64,000 bases of DNA from Antedon mediterranea (lineage: Eukaryota > Animalia > Echinodermata): assembly GCF_964355755.1 (NCBI RefSeq), contig NC_092678.1, forward strand, positions 6,402,422 through 6,466,421, in the 5' to 3' direction. Under the pieces are notes generated by a model. That model had not been told where the DNA came from. It searched no databases and was given only the letters and a program-made list of their open reading frames with translations. Of this stretch, positions 39,113 through 52,700 are shown in pieces (the stretch's first letter is position 1; each line of letters opens with the position of its first letter). A program made the position numbers and the translations under genes.

Positions 39113-40497
39113 TTAATTGTGAAACAAATTTTAAAACGATAAAGATATTTTGCACATTTGCGTTGTAAATGCGTTGACATTCCCGTCTTTCACCGAAGAA
39201 AACTAGGAAAAAATTATAATAATGTTTTTATCTTTATTTTCTCTGTGTGTTTAAAAAACATTGAGTGTTTTGTCAAAAGTTTTTATTTCCAAAGATAAGT
39301 TAAGTGATGGTTATTTTGGCTTAGATATCATTGGCGTTTCTTATACATAGTTAATGATACTTGAGGCGGAGAATATGAGTTTGTGATACCGTCTAGGTAA
39401 GATTAAATTGGAACGGAATGCGAAAGAAAAAAGTATGGTACGGAGTTCCACGTCGTGCTTAGATATAGTGCAATTGAAACATATGTACCTTGATTTCAGC
39501 ATAATATAATGACCGTAGGCCAAGATTGTTAGAAGATAAACAGCTTTGGATAGGCTAAGCAAGGAGACGTGATAGCGCAAAACTAACGGCTGAAGAAAAA
39601 TAACGGCCTAAGAATTTGCAGCTCATGAAGACACTAGAAGGCGATTTATGTGAAATTTCTTATGGAGTAAAAAAAATATTTTAACTTTTATAAGGCAATT
39701 TTACAGGTTTTCCCCATTTAATGGATTTAGAATAGAACGTAGTTTGTATTTTTTAACTATGTGTAATACCACACATTTGATTGTTGTCATTATCAACAAC
39801 AGAGTATGTATTCAAAATGTATTATACAGTAGGTAATGTAGTGTATAGTTAACATTAAATGTTTTATCCATTTTAACCGTATCAACGATCATTTTAAAGT
39901 ATTTTATAATGTTAATAGAAATCGAGAAGTTTTAGTGAGATCATAAGTGACAAAATCATTTACATTGTAATAAAGATTTTAGAAAATGTGAGGTTTTAAA
40001 TTGTAAATTCTAGTGAAAGGGTTGTTGTACCTATGAGGGGAATATTATAACAATAGCTTAATTAAAATGTATTATTTGTCATAAAATTTTGTGGATGTAA
40101 AAGTTTCCAAAATATTCACATTTAATTTATTTACAATTAAATTAAATATAATTATGTATTCCCCAATGCACCCAGCAAGGCAAACTTTTTTATACTAAAT
40201 TTCTAGGGATTGTGATAATGATATTACCTCAATTATTTAAATTTAAATTTAATTTCTCGTAATCTAATTTCATTGAGGTGAGAGAGAGAGTTTTTGACCA
40301 ATAGTGATATATTAAAAACTTAAATATGTTTTAAGTGTATTTTAAATAGAATTAAATTTAACTATGATCTAAATTTCAACAAATTGAATTCACTTGGCCA
40401 TAACTGAAATTAGTGTAGATATGTTTTAAGTGTGTTTTTGCGTGTTTAAATAATTAAACAGTTTTGTAAGATTGTTGTACAAAAGTAAACTTGTAAA

Positions 40498-40503
40498 AAT
40501 AAA
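40498..40503 (+). terminator. Candidate polyadenylation signal of the L1/neuroglian 3' UTR
   Basis: AATAAA about 1.4 kb after the stop codon, followed by T-rich sequence; other AATAAA sites exist, so the choice is tentative. Confidence 0.35.
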
Positions 40504-41805
40504 CATTTATTTTTCATTACATCTGAAAACTGTTTATCATAAAAAATATCCAAAAATTTATGTTTTTCTTTCAGTTTTTTTAATTCAATTTTTGTTGATT
40601 GGAACAAATTTAAATGAGTATTCAGAACAATTTTAATGTTTGATTTGAATGATCATTTTTAATGAACCACTTTTTCAATTTTATATTTTACATTTGTTTG
40701 TTTTTTAAAAACAACAACAGTACATCTTAAAAGACTTAGTTTATTGTGCCGTGTATAAATTATATTTTTGCCACATGTAGTAGTGTGTAGTTTAACCATA
40801 GAAGGGTGACTCGCTCACTCATTCACTCACTCATACTGGTTCAACCAGGGAAGAGCGACTTGCTCTTCCCTGGAGCACAAAGCAAAGAAAAGCTCCTCCA
40901 ACTATTACAATTTGGGGTTGTTGCAGAAGCTATCACAACAATTGCTTCTTAGTCTTTGTTGTAGGGGCAGATCCAGCGGAGCATTAACATGATATTGATG
41001 GTCTGTCAAAGATGGATACAAAAGGTAGTTCATGTCAAAATGTGGGAGAGTACAACCCTAGCCCTACCTCTGGATCCCTCCCTTTGTTATGTAATGTAAG
41101 CAACATGTTCTTTGGACCAATGAGTATCAATGGGTAAATTGATGTGTTCATCTACTATATGTCAATGCTTTGTGTAAGATATGTTGTATTTAGTAGGCCT
41201 ATGTTAGCTTATCAGCAATTGTTTCCAATATTGAGCGCTTTAGATGCAAGCATGATCCAAGATTTTAGTTTTTAGCTGCAGAAAACGTTATTTGTTCTTG
41301 TCTTTTACTTGGTACTCATTGGTCCACAGATTAAAGAATAGAAGCTTTGTTATACTTCGTTAATCACAAACATATAGTAGAGGGCAGTATAATTCTGAAG
41401 TCAAGAATAAAGTTTTATAGTTGTGGTTTGAGATACGACATGTAGTTGAACCTTCTGGATGAAGTAATAGTGGTGTCCTATTAATGAAGAGGATCTAATG
41501 CTAGTACACAGACATTAAATACAAGATTGTGTTATTCTCGCATTTCACTTTTTTAAGCTACCAAACTTTATATGACAAAATAAATGTGATGTGCCCATAT
41601 ATTGACCCGATGACATCACTACCATATTTGGGCACATCACATTTTTTGATTGTGTAAACAGAGCTTTAGTCTGTGTAGAGTATCTTAGAACTGAACCGGT
41701 GGTGTTTTGGTCTGCCATCTGACTCAAACAGCTGTATTAAAATCAAATGGGTTAAAACTAGTGGCTGTTAAGTGATTGACTGTATATGTGTATATATATG
41801 CCATA

Positions 41806-42224
41806 CTGTAAAACCTCGAAAAGAAGCCCATGGGCTTAAACCTCGAAAAGAAGCCCATCTCGAAAAGAAGCCCCCCTCTACAGTTTGCAAAAGTACTCTC
41901 GAAAAGAAGCCCATCTCGAAATGAAGCCCCCTGGGCTTCTTTTCAAGATATTATGGGCTTCATTTCGAGACAGACTACTCATACTGTATTGAGATGATGA
42001 CGAAATTATTGTATTTGACGGTGAATCATAGGACTGTTTTTTTGCTTTTTATATTGTTTTTTAATTGGTATATTAAACATAATGGTTGAAAAAATGTCTC
42101 AAAAGTCACATTATTTACAGTTTGCAAAAGTACTCTCGAAAAGAAGCCCATCTCGAAAAGAAGCCCATCCAAGAGCACTAAAAAAAAAGAAGCAGCCCAT
42201 GGGCTTCTTTTCGAGGTTTTACGG
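41806..42224. mobile_element. Non-autonomous Tc1/mariner-like MITE with reiterated CTCGAAAAGAAGCCC motifs
   Basis: TA-CTGTAAAACCTCGAAAAGAAGCCCATGGGCT...AGCCCATGGGCTTCTTTTCGAGGTTTTACGG-TA. Confidence 0.85.
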
Positions 42225-42819
42225 TATGTCATATAAAAAAGTTGATTAGCTTTTAAGTTGATTGTGCTTATATGTTTCTCTATTATATCCATGTCTATTA
42301 AATCTTATGTTAAATCATTTCGGTTTATTTTATGTAAATTATTAGTCACAAGTAAACAATTAAGTATTTTTATATCTATTGAATTATAATCTTTTTTTAA
42401 ATTCATTTTATATTGAATTGTTTTATGTAATTTGCTTTAGATATTTTTTTTGTAGTATTATTTTGCGTGTGTGGATTTTATACGTTATTTGCATATTAAT
42501 TTACATAATTAATTAAACGTTTTGAAGATTACCAAGATAGAAACAGCTAAGTTTTCTGCAGCTATTTACATTTAAAAACTTCTTTATTTTGGATCAAAGA
42601 ATGCATAATACGATTAAATATTGGATTTTTAAGAACTGGTAAGCTATTTTATCAAATAAACCATTGTGGTAATCTTCAAAACGTTTTAATTTATTATATT
42701 CTGTTAAATTAATATTGTAAATCTATTATTATATTATAAAGAATGATTGTACTGTTTTGCTAAGAGTAACAAACACCAAGTCAATTTTGTTTGACTGTGT
42801 GATTTCAACTAATAATCAG

Positions 42820-43195
42820 TGACCACCTGTTAATTCACCCACTTGCCAGGTGTCACCTACTACAGTAATTTGCATATATTTATCTCCAGGTGGCATTTCT
42901 GTTTTTATGACTATAATTTTGACACATGTTTCTATGAGGAAAAATAAATCATTTAATTTATTCAAATAATAATACTAAATGTAGTAATGATTTCCATGTA
43001 CAGTATATATTAACAGGTGGTTATTCCACATTTACATATTTATGATATTCAAATTAGATATATTGTAATGAGTTGTCAAGTAATTATACTTTGTACAGAA
43101 ATGTTAAAAATGTTCTTAGAATTTGTTTGTTTAACAGATTTTTTACCTGATTTGTTGTTAGACAGGAGGTCATTACTATGGCAACAGACACCTGT
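42820..43195. promoter_or_regulatory. Candidate enhancer: five CAGGTG/CACCTG E-boxes, POU octamer, RFX X-box-like site
   Basis: E-boxes at 42824, 42847, 42887, 43014, 43189; ATTTGCAT at 42868; ATTACTATGGCAAC at 43172-43185. Confidence 0.4.
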
Positions 43196-43819
43196 AAATG
43201 TATGTAGATAATTCTCTAATTGATGAAAAAGAAACTTGTGTATTTAAAATAGTATTCCCTTTTAAGTGTGATATTATATAATTATCGTTCTATGTACATG
43301 TTTTTTCCATGGATTATTATTGGTTTATCTATCAAAGCAAGATCTGTAAGGATTATTAATATCAAAAGATTATTTATATCTAAGGATTATTTATATCTAG
43401 GGATTAAAATGCAAGAATAATTCTAATCCCCTGTTGTAGGATGCCAAAGATGAGTTTAATTTAAGCCATAATATATGATCACCATCATTTTCACTGAACT
43501 GCTTTCTTTTATGTGATCATGTCGGACCGTTAATTTTTCAAGTTTTACATGTAAACAGCACTTAGTAACTTATTTTTATTCTGTTAATGTTGTTTAAAGC
43601 TATGACGCTGCTTGATCTTATGAAATTAAATCTGGTAGATAATATAATAAAGCTGTTGTTATGTTTCAAAATGTAATGTCATACTGCTGTAGTATGCTTT
43701 AGATTGAATGGCAATGTTATATTCGGATGGCCTTCCCTGAAGAAATTATGTGTGCGTTACTTCTGATGTAAAGGAAGTGTCAACCAAATCCCTAATACAG
43801 ATGCATTACACCATTTTAG

Positions 43820-44125
43820 CAACCCCCGGAGTTGCCATTTAAAAAATGTTGCTGTTTTGACGTCATTTTAAAATGAATGAGCAACCCCTGGATTCACGCT
43901 TTAAAACATGTTACTGTGTTGATGTCATTGTAACGTGAATGTGCAAACCCGGAGTCACCCTTTATTTTTTTTTTACTTTGTTGACGTCATTGTAATGAAC
44001 GCGCATGCGTCATACGTCACACGTGTGGAGGAAAGAAAAATCAAATTGAACTACTGACCAATGAGATACCGCCGTACGCCACAGAAAATCAGACGACACG
44101 GCGAAAGAAAATAAAATGGTAAGCA
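43820..44125 (+). promoter_or_regulatory. Promoter-like region and probable first exon ending ATG|GTAAGC (gene unknown)
   Basis: Three diverged ~62-bp repeats, each with a CRE or near-CRE, then GCGCATGCG (NRF1-like), CACGTG, CCAAT, local CpG enrichment, AAAATG at 44116 and a donor at 44119. Confidence 0.55.
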
Positions 44126-44867
44126 TGAACTAAGTTTTTAATTTAAATTTATTTTGATTTTAATGATACAAACTACCTAAAAACTAATGTATTTATGATC
44201 TACCCATTATCTAGACTCTGTGCCTAGGCTGAATAGCTTTAGTTTGTAGGCCTAAGCTAGCACTAGGCACCTTTTTAGCCAAGGCCCAACAAGGTAAGCT
44301 AGCTTAGCCTAGCTGGCCTGTAGTAATTGGGTCAAGGCTTGTAGGCTATAGTCGGTGTGTATTTTATGTGCGTGGGAAAGCGGCGAGGCCTACCAAGATC
44401 TAATCTAGATTTATATGGGAGATGACTGATCCTGCTTAAATAAGCTAGCAATAATTATAAGAACATTGTCATTGCAGTTATTTCTTTATTTTAATATGAC
44501 GTAGCCTATATGCTTAGGCTGGGTAGTATTAGGCTTAGGCCTACCAACTTCGCTAGGCCATGGTATACTACAAACTCATTAGGTAATGTAGGCTTATGGA
44601 TTTTATGTAGTAGGAGATATTATCTTGAGGGTAGGCTAGTAATATTAAAATGTGATGGTGGTTTATGAGTTGATTGATGATCCATAAACAGGGGTGCGAC
44701 ACATAGGCCCATGGTTTAAGCTCTAGGCTTTACCCTTTTTTGACATATTTTAATGTCTGTTTTTTTTTCTCCCAAAGTTGCTCATAGTCATTACACCACT
44801 GTCTGTGAATGTTCAACCAATTTAAAAAAATGAAAATATATATCGGTAGATAAAATATTCAAATAGT

Positions 44868-44876
44868 TTTATTAAA
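44868..44876 (-). terminator. Candidate polyadenylation signal of contactin (minus AATAAA overlapping a plus ATTAAA)
   Basis: TTTATTAAA at the end of a 1.75-kb AT-rich tract below the contactin stop codon. Confidence 0.35.
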
Positions 44877-46630
44877 ACAAGGCTTTCAATGATATTTTAC
44901 AAGGAAAAAACATTCAACTATTTTTACAGTCCATGTTTTTAAAAAACGTTTATATTTCAATGTACTATTCATTTTACAACAATATCTAACAACCCATATG
45001 TACACATTACTAATTCTGAAAATGTATAAAAAATGATTTTTGATCTTTGTTAAAGCTTCTTTTTGTAAAAAATAGTACGTCAAATTGTCTATACTTTACA
45101 CTAGGATTAAGCTGTCTACTTCATGTGACGACAACATGTGATGTGCCTATATATGGACATGATGATGTCATATCACTGCCATATTTGGACACATCATGCT
45201 TTTTTTGTCAAACTAGTTTAATAGTGTAGACAAAGCTTTACAATCTATAATCAATATATAAATATAATTACTACAAAAAAATATTCCTTTGCCACTAAAC
45301 CCACATACAAATTTATCTTATCTCAAAATAAATTGTAATAAATAACTAAATCTACAAAATACTGTATAAAGATTGATATGAAAAGCGAAATTAAATAATT
45401 TACCAAATTATTTTCAGCATATATTTTTCAATACAAAACAAGGCATTTAACAAACTCCTGATGACAAATAAATACCTACACACTAACTTCAATTTAAAAT
45501 AGATCCTCTTTAGATAAACTCTCCTTTTAATACAAAAAATCTTCACACTTTCTTATTATTATTATCATCAAAAATTAAAATAACAAGGTTCAACACTTTT
45601 TCAGTTACTAAATTATAATTCTATATAAATACAATATTGTTTTTAAAAAACAGCTGCAGTAACTTAAAATTTGCCTTTCATTATTTTTATAAATTTCATA
45701 TTTCAATAATTCTTAATTTGTTGAGTGTACCCTGCTATATAGGTCATCCTTTAAAAATGCAAAAGCCTCATATGTATTGCATAAGAATATTAAAATATTG
45801 CAAATATCTTATTTAAAATAGTTATTAAATTGTTTTTATAATTTATAAACGATAATCATATTTGATATGGAATTTATTCTGAAATAAATATTGTTCAATA
45901 ACTGATATGGCTTTTTACAATCATGAAATATTTAATTTTATAATATAATAATCCATATTATAAAGGAACACTATACAGTATTGAAATCTTCAATATAAAA
46001 TTACCTGTACAATAAAGTGTCCATATCTAGAGGATCTTTAAATTGTAGTGATTTTAATGGAATTATAATCATAATATTAAATAATGCAAAATAAATTGTA
46101 ATGTTATTAAATATTATATGTTCTGTTCTAGAGAAAAGATTTTTGGAACAAAATATATTTAATTTCGATATTTAATGTAATTAGGATTGTTTTGTTTTAT
46201 TACAGCCAAATGATATGCAAAAATATTAAAAACTAAAAACAGTTTTGTTCTCTCTGATGATGTATGAGATTCTATATTGTGATTGGCTGTTACTACTAGC
46301 TTCCCATGTGTAGATATGCAAATTAGTTTAGACATCTTAGTTTCATGGTGGTCTGAAGAATTTGGCCTTGCTGTGTTGAATGGATTGTATTATGTAAGCA
46401 GAATAAACCACTGGTCTCCATCTTATGGATTATATACAGGCTACTTAGCCCTACTTAAGCCAGAATAACAAGGTATGTGATTTTAAAAATATTTTTATTA
46501 GGCTAGAATTTAATAGTAAATGCCAGGCCTTGTGGTTCTCTTTTACCAGTGTCTAGAGAAGGTAAATGCCCACTGAGGCATGGTGTTTCTTAGGCCTAGG
46601 CTCTAAGAGCTTAGCCCAAACAAACCATCA

Positions 46631-46734
46631 TTATAATAAGAGCAGGTAGGCAAGCTGTAACACACATGCTACCAGGAATGATGAATAGAACATGGTGGTT
46701 GCTGAATTCGTTGATTGTCTAGCAGCCTGCGAAT
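46631..46734 (-). CDS. CNTN: Contactin terminal exon: GPI-anchor signal
   Basis: NSQAARQSTNSATTMFYSSFLVACVLQLAYLLLL-TAA-TGA: small-residue omega region followed by a hydrophobic tail. Confidence 0.9.
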
Positions 46735-49700
46735 CTATAAAAATATACAATCACATAACATTAAAATTATTATTCATTTTAATACTAATTTTATACAAAT
46801 GAAACATACATTGTCTTGAAACATCAGTCAATTCATTTATAATTTTAAATTTACTGGCAAAACATTCCACATTCCTTACATATTCTTCGAAGAACAATTA
46901 AAACAATTTTCCACCAAATATTGTATCATTAAATTTAACTTACTGTTTTCAACTCTGATTGGCTCATCCTGTCCAACACCAATCCCACCTTTGCTGTAAC
47001 CCTTGACCTTTATAAGGTACACATGGTCTGGATAAAGTCGGTCAAGCATGACCTCTGTGGTTGGTACTTCTACATCTTCATAATAGGCATCATCCTCAAA
47101 CGTACCTAATGGCCAGTAGCAAACCTGAAGGATTAATAACAATATATTATAAGTTGGCATTAATTCTATTTTACATTTACAACCAGGCGTTTGATTTACA
47201 TCATGATCCAGTTGTCATTTTTGTCCTAAGTTTTGGAGTTTGAACCCAAGCATGGTGTTTATTCATTGATAACTGATATGATAATGTCCATTTGTATAGC
47301 GCCATTGCTCATGGCGCTGTGGATGCTACATCTTTTACCTTCTTCTTCTTCTCTCCTCAATGCTAACAATTCAGGCACTCTCAAATCTGTCTATGACATT
47401 GCCTGTGTATGAATATTTTGTGTACATCAGATCTACAATACATTTGTCATAATCAAAAAGATTCATTTTAACACCAGAACCATGTAGCGAGTGAGCCTCG
47501 AACCTTTAAAACTCAGCCTTGTGCTATTGAAGAACATCATTATAAAAGCCTCCTTATCTAGAGTATTTTCAGTTTAAACATATTTACCCTATATCCTTGA
47601 AGTTGTTCCTCATTTGATGATGTTGTTATCTTGTCCCAATTGATGTTCAGTTGGTTGTACTGTTTTCCAAACGTTACTCTTACATTATCAGGCGCTGTTT
47701 GTGGAGCTATACATTTATAGGAAATAGAATAATAGTTTTATAAGACAAAATTAGATATATAAAAAAAACTTTTCTTTGCCCAATACATCTATTTTCTTTT
47801 TTATTAAGAAAACACCCATAAATCTGGATTTTATAATAGAAATATCTATGTAAAGAATGTCACTTCTACTGATATTGTCATATCGCTATCATATATGGGC
47901 ACATACACTTTTATAGTTTAGACAGAGTTTTAGTATCCTTTTAGCTTTTCATTATTCTGTTAAAAATAGCCGACCAATTTTCATTTCTACCAGTATGGTA
48001 GGGAAATTTCATGAGTACCATAATAAACTTCTTCCCAGCTACTAATCTATGCTACTTACCAGACCTATATGTCCTAGCTGTTGCAATTGTGCTGCCAGGC
48101 CCTTTACCACCAGCGGTGTATGCATACACTCTAAATTGGTACTGTGTATAAGCCTCCAATTTATCAATAATGCTAACGGTTCCTGATCCAGATGTAGTGT
48201 ATATACTAGCGCTTGATTCTGGTATGTCATCTGTCCAGTATGCTATCTAATAATACAAAACAAAGTTCAGACATTTAATTCAATTCAAATTCTTAAACTG
48301 GGAAATTTGTTTGGTCGAGACAAGTATCAATCAGCTACTCTTTGTTTAATAACATTGAGTTGGTTATGATAGTTACAATTCATACTCATAGTAGCAATAG
48401 CATTAAATAACATACTTTGTAACCTTTGAACTGTCCCTGGACTGCCTGTGTGTTAATAGCATTCCATGACACCCTGATAGTCATTGCTGATTGGACGCTC
48501 AGTCGCACTCTACCAGGAGCAGTAGACGGTGCTGGAATATAAATGTTAGAATCAAAAGAAGATAATTATTGTGTCTTTCGGCTTAAAGTTTAATTATACA
48601 CAATATCATTATATTATCATCACTACCATATTTAAGGACATAGCACTTTTTTTATCAAACTAGTTTGATAGTATGGACATACAGTAGCTTTAATCAGTAT
48701 TCATTTACTGCGAATATACCACCCTATATTGTAAATATACCACCCTCTCTATTAAATATACCACACTCCCTTGTAAATATACCACCCTCTCTTGTAAATA
48801 TACCGTCCTATATTGTAAATATACCGCCCTATATTGTATATAGCATCCCCTCTTGTTATCCCTACAAACCATCTTACCTTCTTCATATGAGAATATATTA
48901 ACCGGAGTGCTCATTGGTCCTGGGCCAGGATCATTAACAGCCTGTATCTGTACAGTGTATTCTATGAACGTTTCAACACCCTCTACTTCAAATACGCCCA
49001 CTGTACCATTGTTGACATCAGCAGTTTGCTGTAGGCCTTCAGATCCAACCCGAGCCCAGTACACTTTATAATAGATACTTGGGGCATTCCAGTCTTCCAT
49101 ACCGAGGGGCTGATGACATAAGAATAATAATTTATATTTTTCATGAAGTAATGGAAGTAAAATTTTATTACTGAAAACTGATTTTTGCGGGAGGAATACC
49201 ATAAGAAAAACTTGGGTTTGAACAATTTTAGTAGTCAGTCTTTCATACTTTAGGCGTCTTTCACACCTGCTCTGGGCGACGCCAGGGTTCACGCAAGATT
49301 GCATGTACAGCATTAGCGACTTCTCATTTTCACGATGCGCTACATGGCTATGCACATATCAAGTAAATTGCATGGCGCATAGCCGTGGTGGGCGTCGTGA
49401 AAACAAAACATTGAAATGTTATTTTATTTGCCGGAAACCGGTGAAGCAGAAATGAAAGACGTTTTAGACCAGCATGTAGTGATTGCTTTTCTGGTTACTG
49501 GTCAATATGTTGGATGACACAGTTAGTTTTTAGTCATACTAACTATGTATACTTAACATTTTCAAGTGTTGAAATGTTATTGTATAGAATAAATACTACT
49601 GCTTTACCTGCCATGTAATACGAAGCTGACCTTCTCTCCCGCCTCCGCCACCAAGGTTACTAGGAGCTTTTGTGGGCACTGTAACAAAATTAGTTTAATG

Positions 49701-52700
49701 TTTAATGAATATTCTACAAAATCTACAAATTTTTCAAATTGGACTACTGTGTAATTATCAAATCCACATTTTATTAATATATTTGTAATCTTTTTTCAAA
49801 TAATTTCCAACAATTCAATTTTTGCTCATTTTGTATGTGTTCAGATGGAATATTATACCACTAACATTTCTGAGTTTATGATGAGAGGATGTTGCATATT
49901 TATTAGGTTAATTTAGAGAACTCTGATTTTAGAGTGATTACTATGGTGTCATAATCTGTGCAACGCTTGGCAATTATTTCTGTTCCCAAATGTAATATGT
50001 TGTGTTTGATTGTACTTTAGGATGCACATGTTCATCATTTAATAGATACAGCATAGTACAACTACCATATTAAAAACACTTATTTAATGTTAAAGCCCCA
50101 TTCCCTACGTTTTTTAGATCTAATTTAAGATCACAAACTATATTTAATGTAAAAATAATACTATATGGTCCTATTCCGATAACTTTTTTCGTCTTTAAAC
50201 GGTTAAAAATGTGAAAAATAAGTCGATTTTAATAATTATAGCGGCCCGCTATAAATCCCAAAATGCATTGCGCGCGGATTGATATTTTTGTTTTTCACCT
50301 GTAATTGGCCCACTTTTCGATCGATCGTGAGGCCAAAACAAATGGAAGACTCCTAACTTTTCAGCGAAAATACCGGGTTTTCCCCAATTTGTATCAACGG
50401 AGTCTGGCAAAAATAGAAAGACAATTAATGCAGCAACTATACAACGTCAGGCTAGGTATATAGCTAGCGTACGATGTTCGCACGTTACCGATGTTTACCA
50501 GCTAGGCCTACAAAACTAAGCCTAGCCAGGCTAGGCCTAAGACCGTCCACGAGAGGTCGATCGCCGCGAGCTACTTAGGTAGTGCATTGTTTCTCACTTT
50601 TTATCATAATTTACCATAAAACGTACATTTAAGACAAGGAATGACATGGTTTAATGTTTTTAAAGTGATATATATGTATTATTTTCCAAAAAACGTCCAA
50701 AATTGCAGGGAAGGGGTCTTTAACACCAATTCAAAGATAACATATCGGTTGTGAAACACGGTTTTTAGAGAATTCTCACCTGCCGGCTGAGTTGTAAATT
50801 CTGGTGACGAGTCACTCGGCTCACCAGCACCAAACCTATTGACAGCTAGTACACGGAACATGTAAACACTCCAAGGTGAAAGGTTAATCAAGGTCACGGA
50901 GTCTTTATTGACATCAGCAGTAGGTGCTATATCTATAAATAGATATGATTTAATCATGATTTATGTAAACAATCTTTCATGGACCGACATTCCATCATTA
51001 TTTCTTAAGGAAACGCAATAAAAGGAGTATGGGGTAGATACACTTTCTTGTTATACAGTGGAACCCCCACAAAGTGTCCCTTAATAGAGGTATCACTAAA
51101 TATGGGATGTAGTGATAAACATATATTTTCCCTTGTTTGACAGGAAGCTGTCCCCATAATAAGGATGTCCCTATAGTAGTTATATATTGCCCTTTGTTTG
51201 TTTTTAAAGGGAAAGTTTGCTTTTATAAAAAAATTAAAAAAAGTTTTGTAAAATAATAAAATAGAAAAAAAAAGAAAACAAACCCTAGTTTACCTCTTTG
51301 AATCTCCATCCATTCTTGTATGTGATTGGTCATAGCTTCGACTCTGTATGATGTAATGGGACTACCACCCTCTCTACCGCTAGACCAAATTAGTGCGACA
51401 CTTGTTGCTGTAGCACTGCCATCTTGAATACGCACACCATATGGTGCCCCCGGGGGTCCTATAATGAAAGTTAGATAGACAATATTCAGGGTGCAAATTG
51501 AATTACTAGTATCATAGAGATATTATAGTAATAATATCTCTATGCTAGTATTTAAAACATTCATATTTTATAGGACTAGATTATTACACATTATAAAAGC
51601 CCACCTGAAACTTGGAGTAATTATACTGCAGGGTAAGCCCACCCAACCACCATCAATAATAAATACAGTAAAACCTTCCATTGGGACATTTCTATTAAGG
51701 GTACACAGAGGAGTAATACATTTTTTACATTTTGACCAACCTCTATTTATGGGAAAACCCCTGTTGAGAGGACAGTTTCCCATGAAACAAATGTGGGGAA
51801 GTATATTTCAAACACAATGTCAAATCCTATTTAGGGTAAAACCCAATTAAGTGGAAATCTATCTACTGTAAACAGGATACAAAAACTACAGCTATTCATC
51901 AAAGATATTGGCACTGATTGTTACTCACCTTGGACTGTGATGATGGCAGAGGCAGACACCTGGTTGATGGGTGATGTCACCACACAGGTATATTCACCTT
52001 GCTGGTACATTGTGGTATCCTTAATTACCAGGTTACCGTGCACATCAATCATCTATAAAACAAAGACATCACATCAACTATTTGTCCTGGTTTGCCAATA
52101 TAGAAATGAGGCTCAAGGAATGACAACCAAGAACTGGTAAAAGGACCGGAAGACAAAAAGATGGAGAGATTGAATCTGGAAGAGAATGGCATATGACAGA
52201 AGAAAATCAAAATTACTGGAGGAGGGATTTACCCAACTATGGATGAAAACAGCCAGATGATGATAATAGGTTGATGGAGAGATAAAATTAACAAATACAT
52301 GGCAACCTGGATCAGAATGGCATGACAGAAGAAAATGGAAATTGCTGGAGATTACTAACAGCACTATCAATTTGTCTGTTACCTCTACATCCATGTCATA
52401 ATGTTTCAGATCCAGTTCATCATGGTCCTCTTCCCCATCCAGATGCAATTGATTACCATTAAACAGCCAAGTATATGCCAGTTCTAACAGGTCATCAACT
52501 CTAGCTTCACACTTGATGGTGTTGTCTCTGCCAGCACGTATCGTCTGGTCTGTCGGTTTCATGAAAAACTTGACCCCCTCTAGAAAAGCAGGTTTATAAT
52601 TCCATCAACAAACATTAACTAATGTACATTAATTTAAGAGATTGTTTATTAAAGAGATATTAGTTTATTGAATATAAAACACAATAGAACCCCTATTAAG

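Noticed and set aside
43147-43191. 45-nt minus-strand exon candidate (tttacag...gtaaaa)
   Set aside because: No partner exons found; the signals coincide with E-box and X-box motifs and fit regulatory DNA better
48705-49355. 216-aa ORF as a stand-alone gene
   Set aside because: Only 48878-49109 is coding (contactin exon); the rest reads through intron, a transposon fragment and a minisatellite
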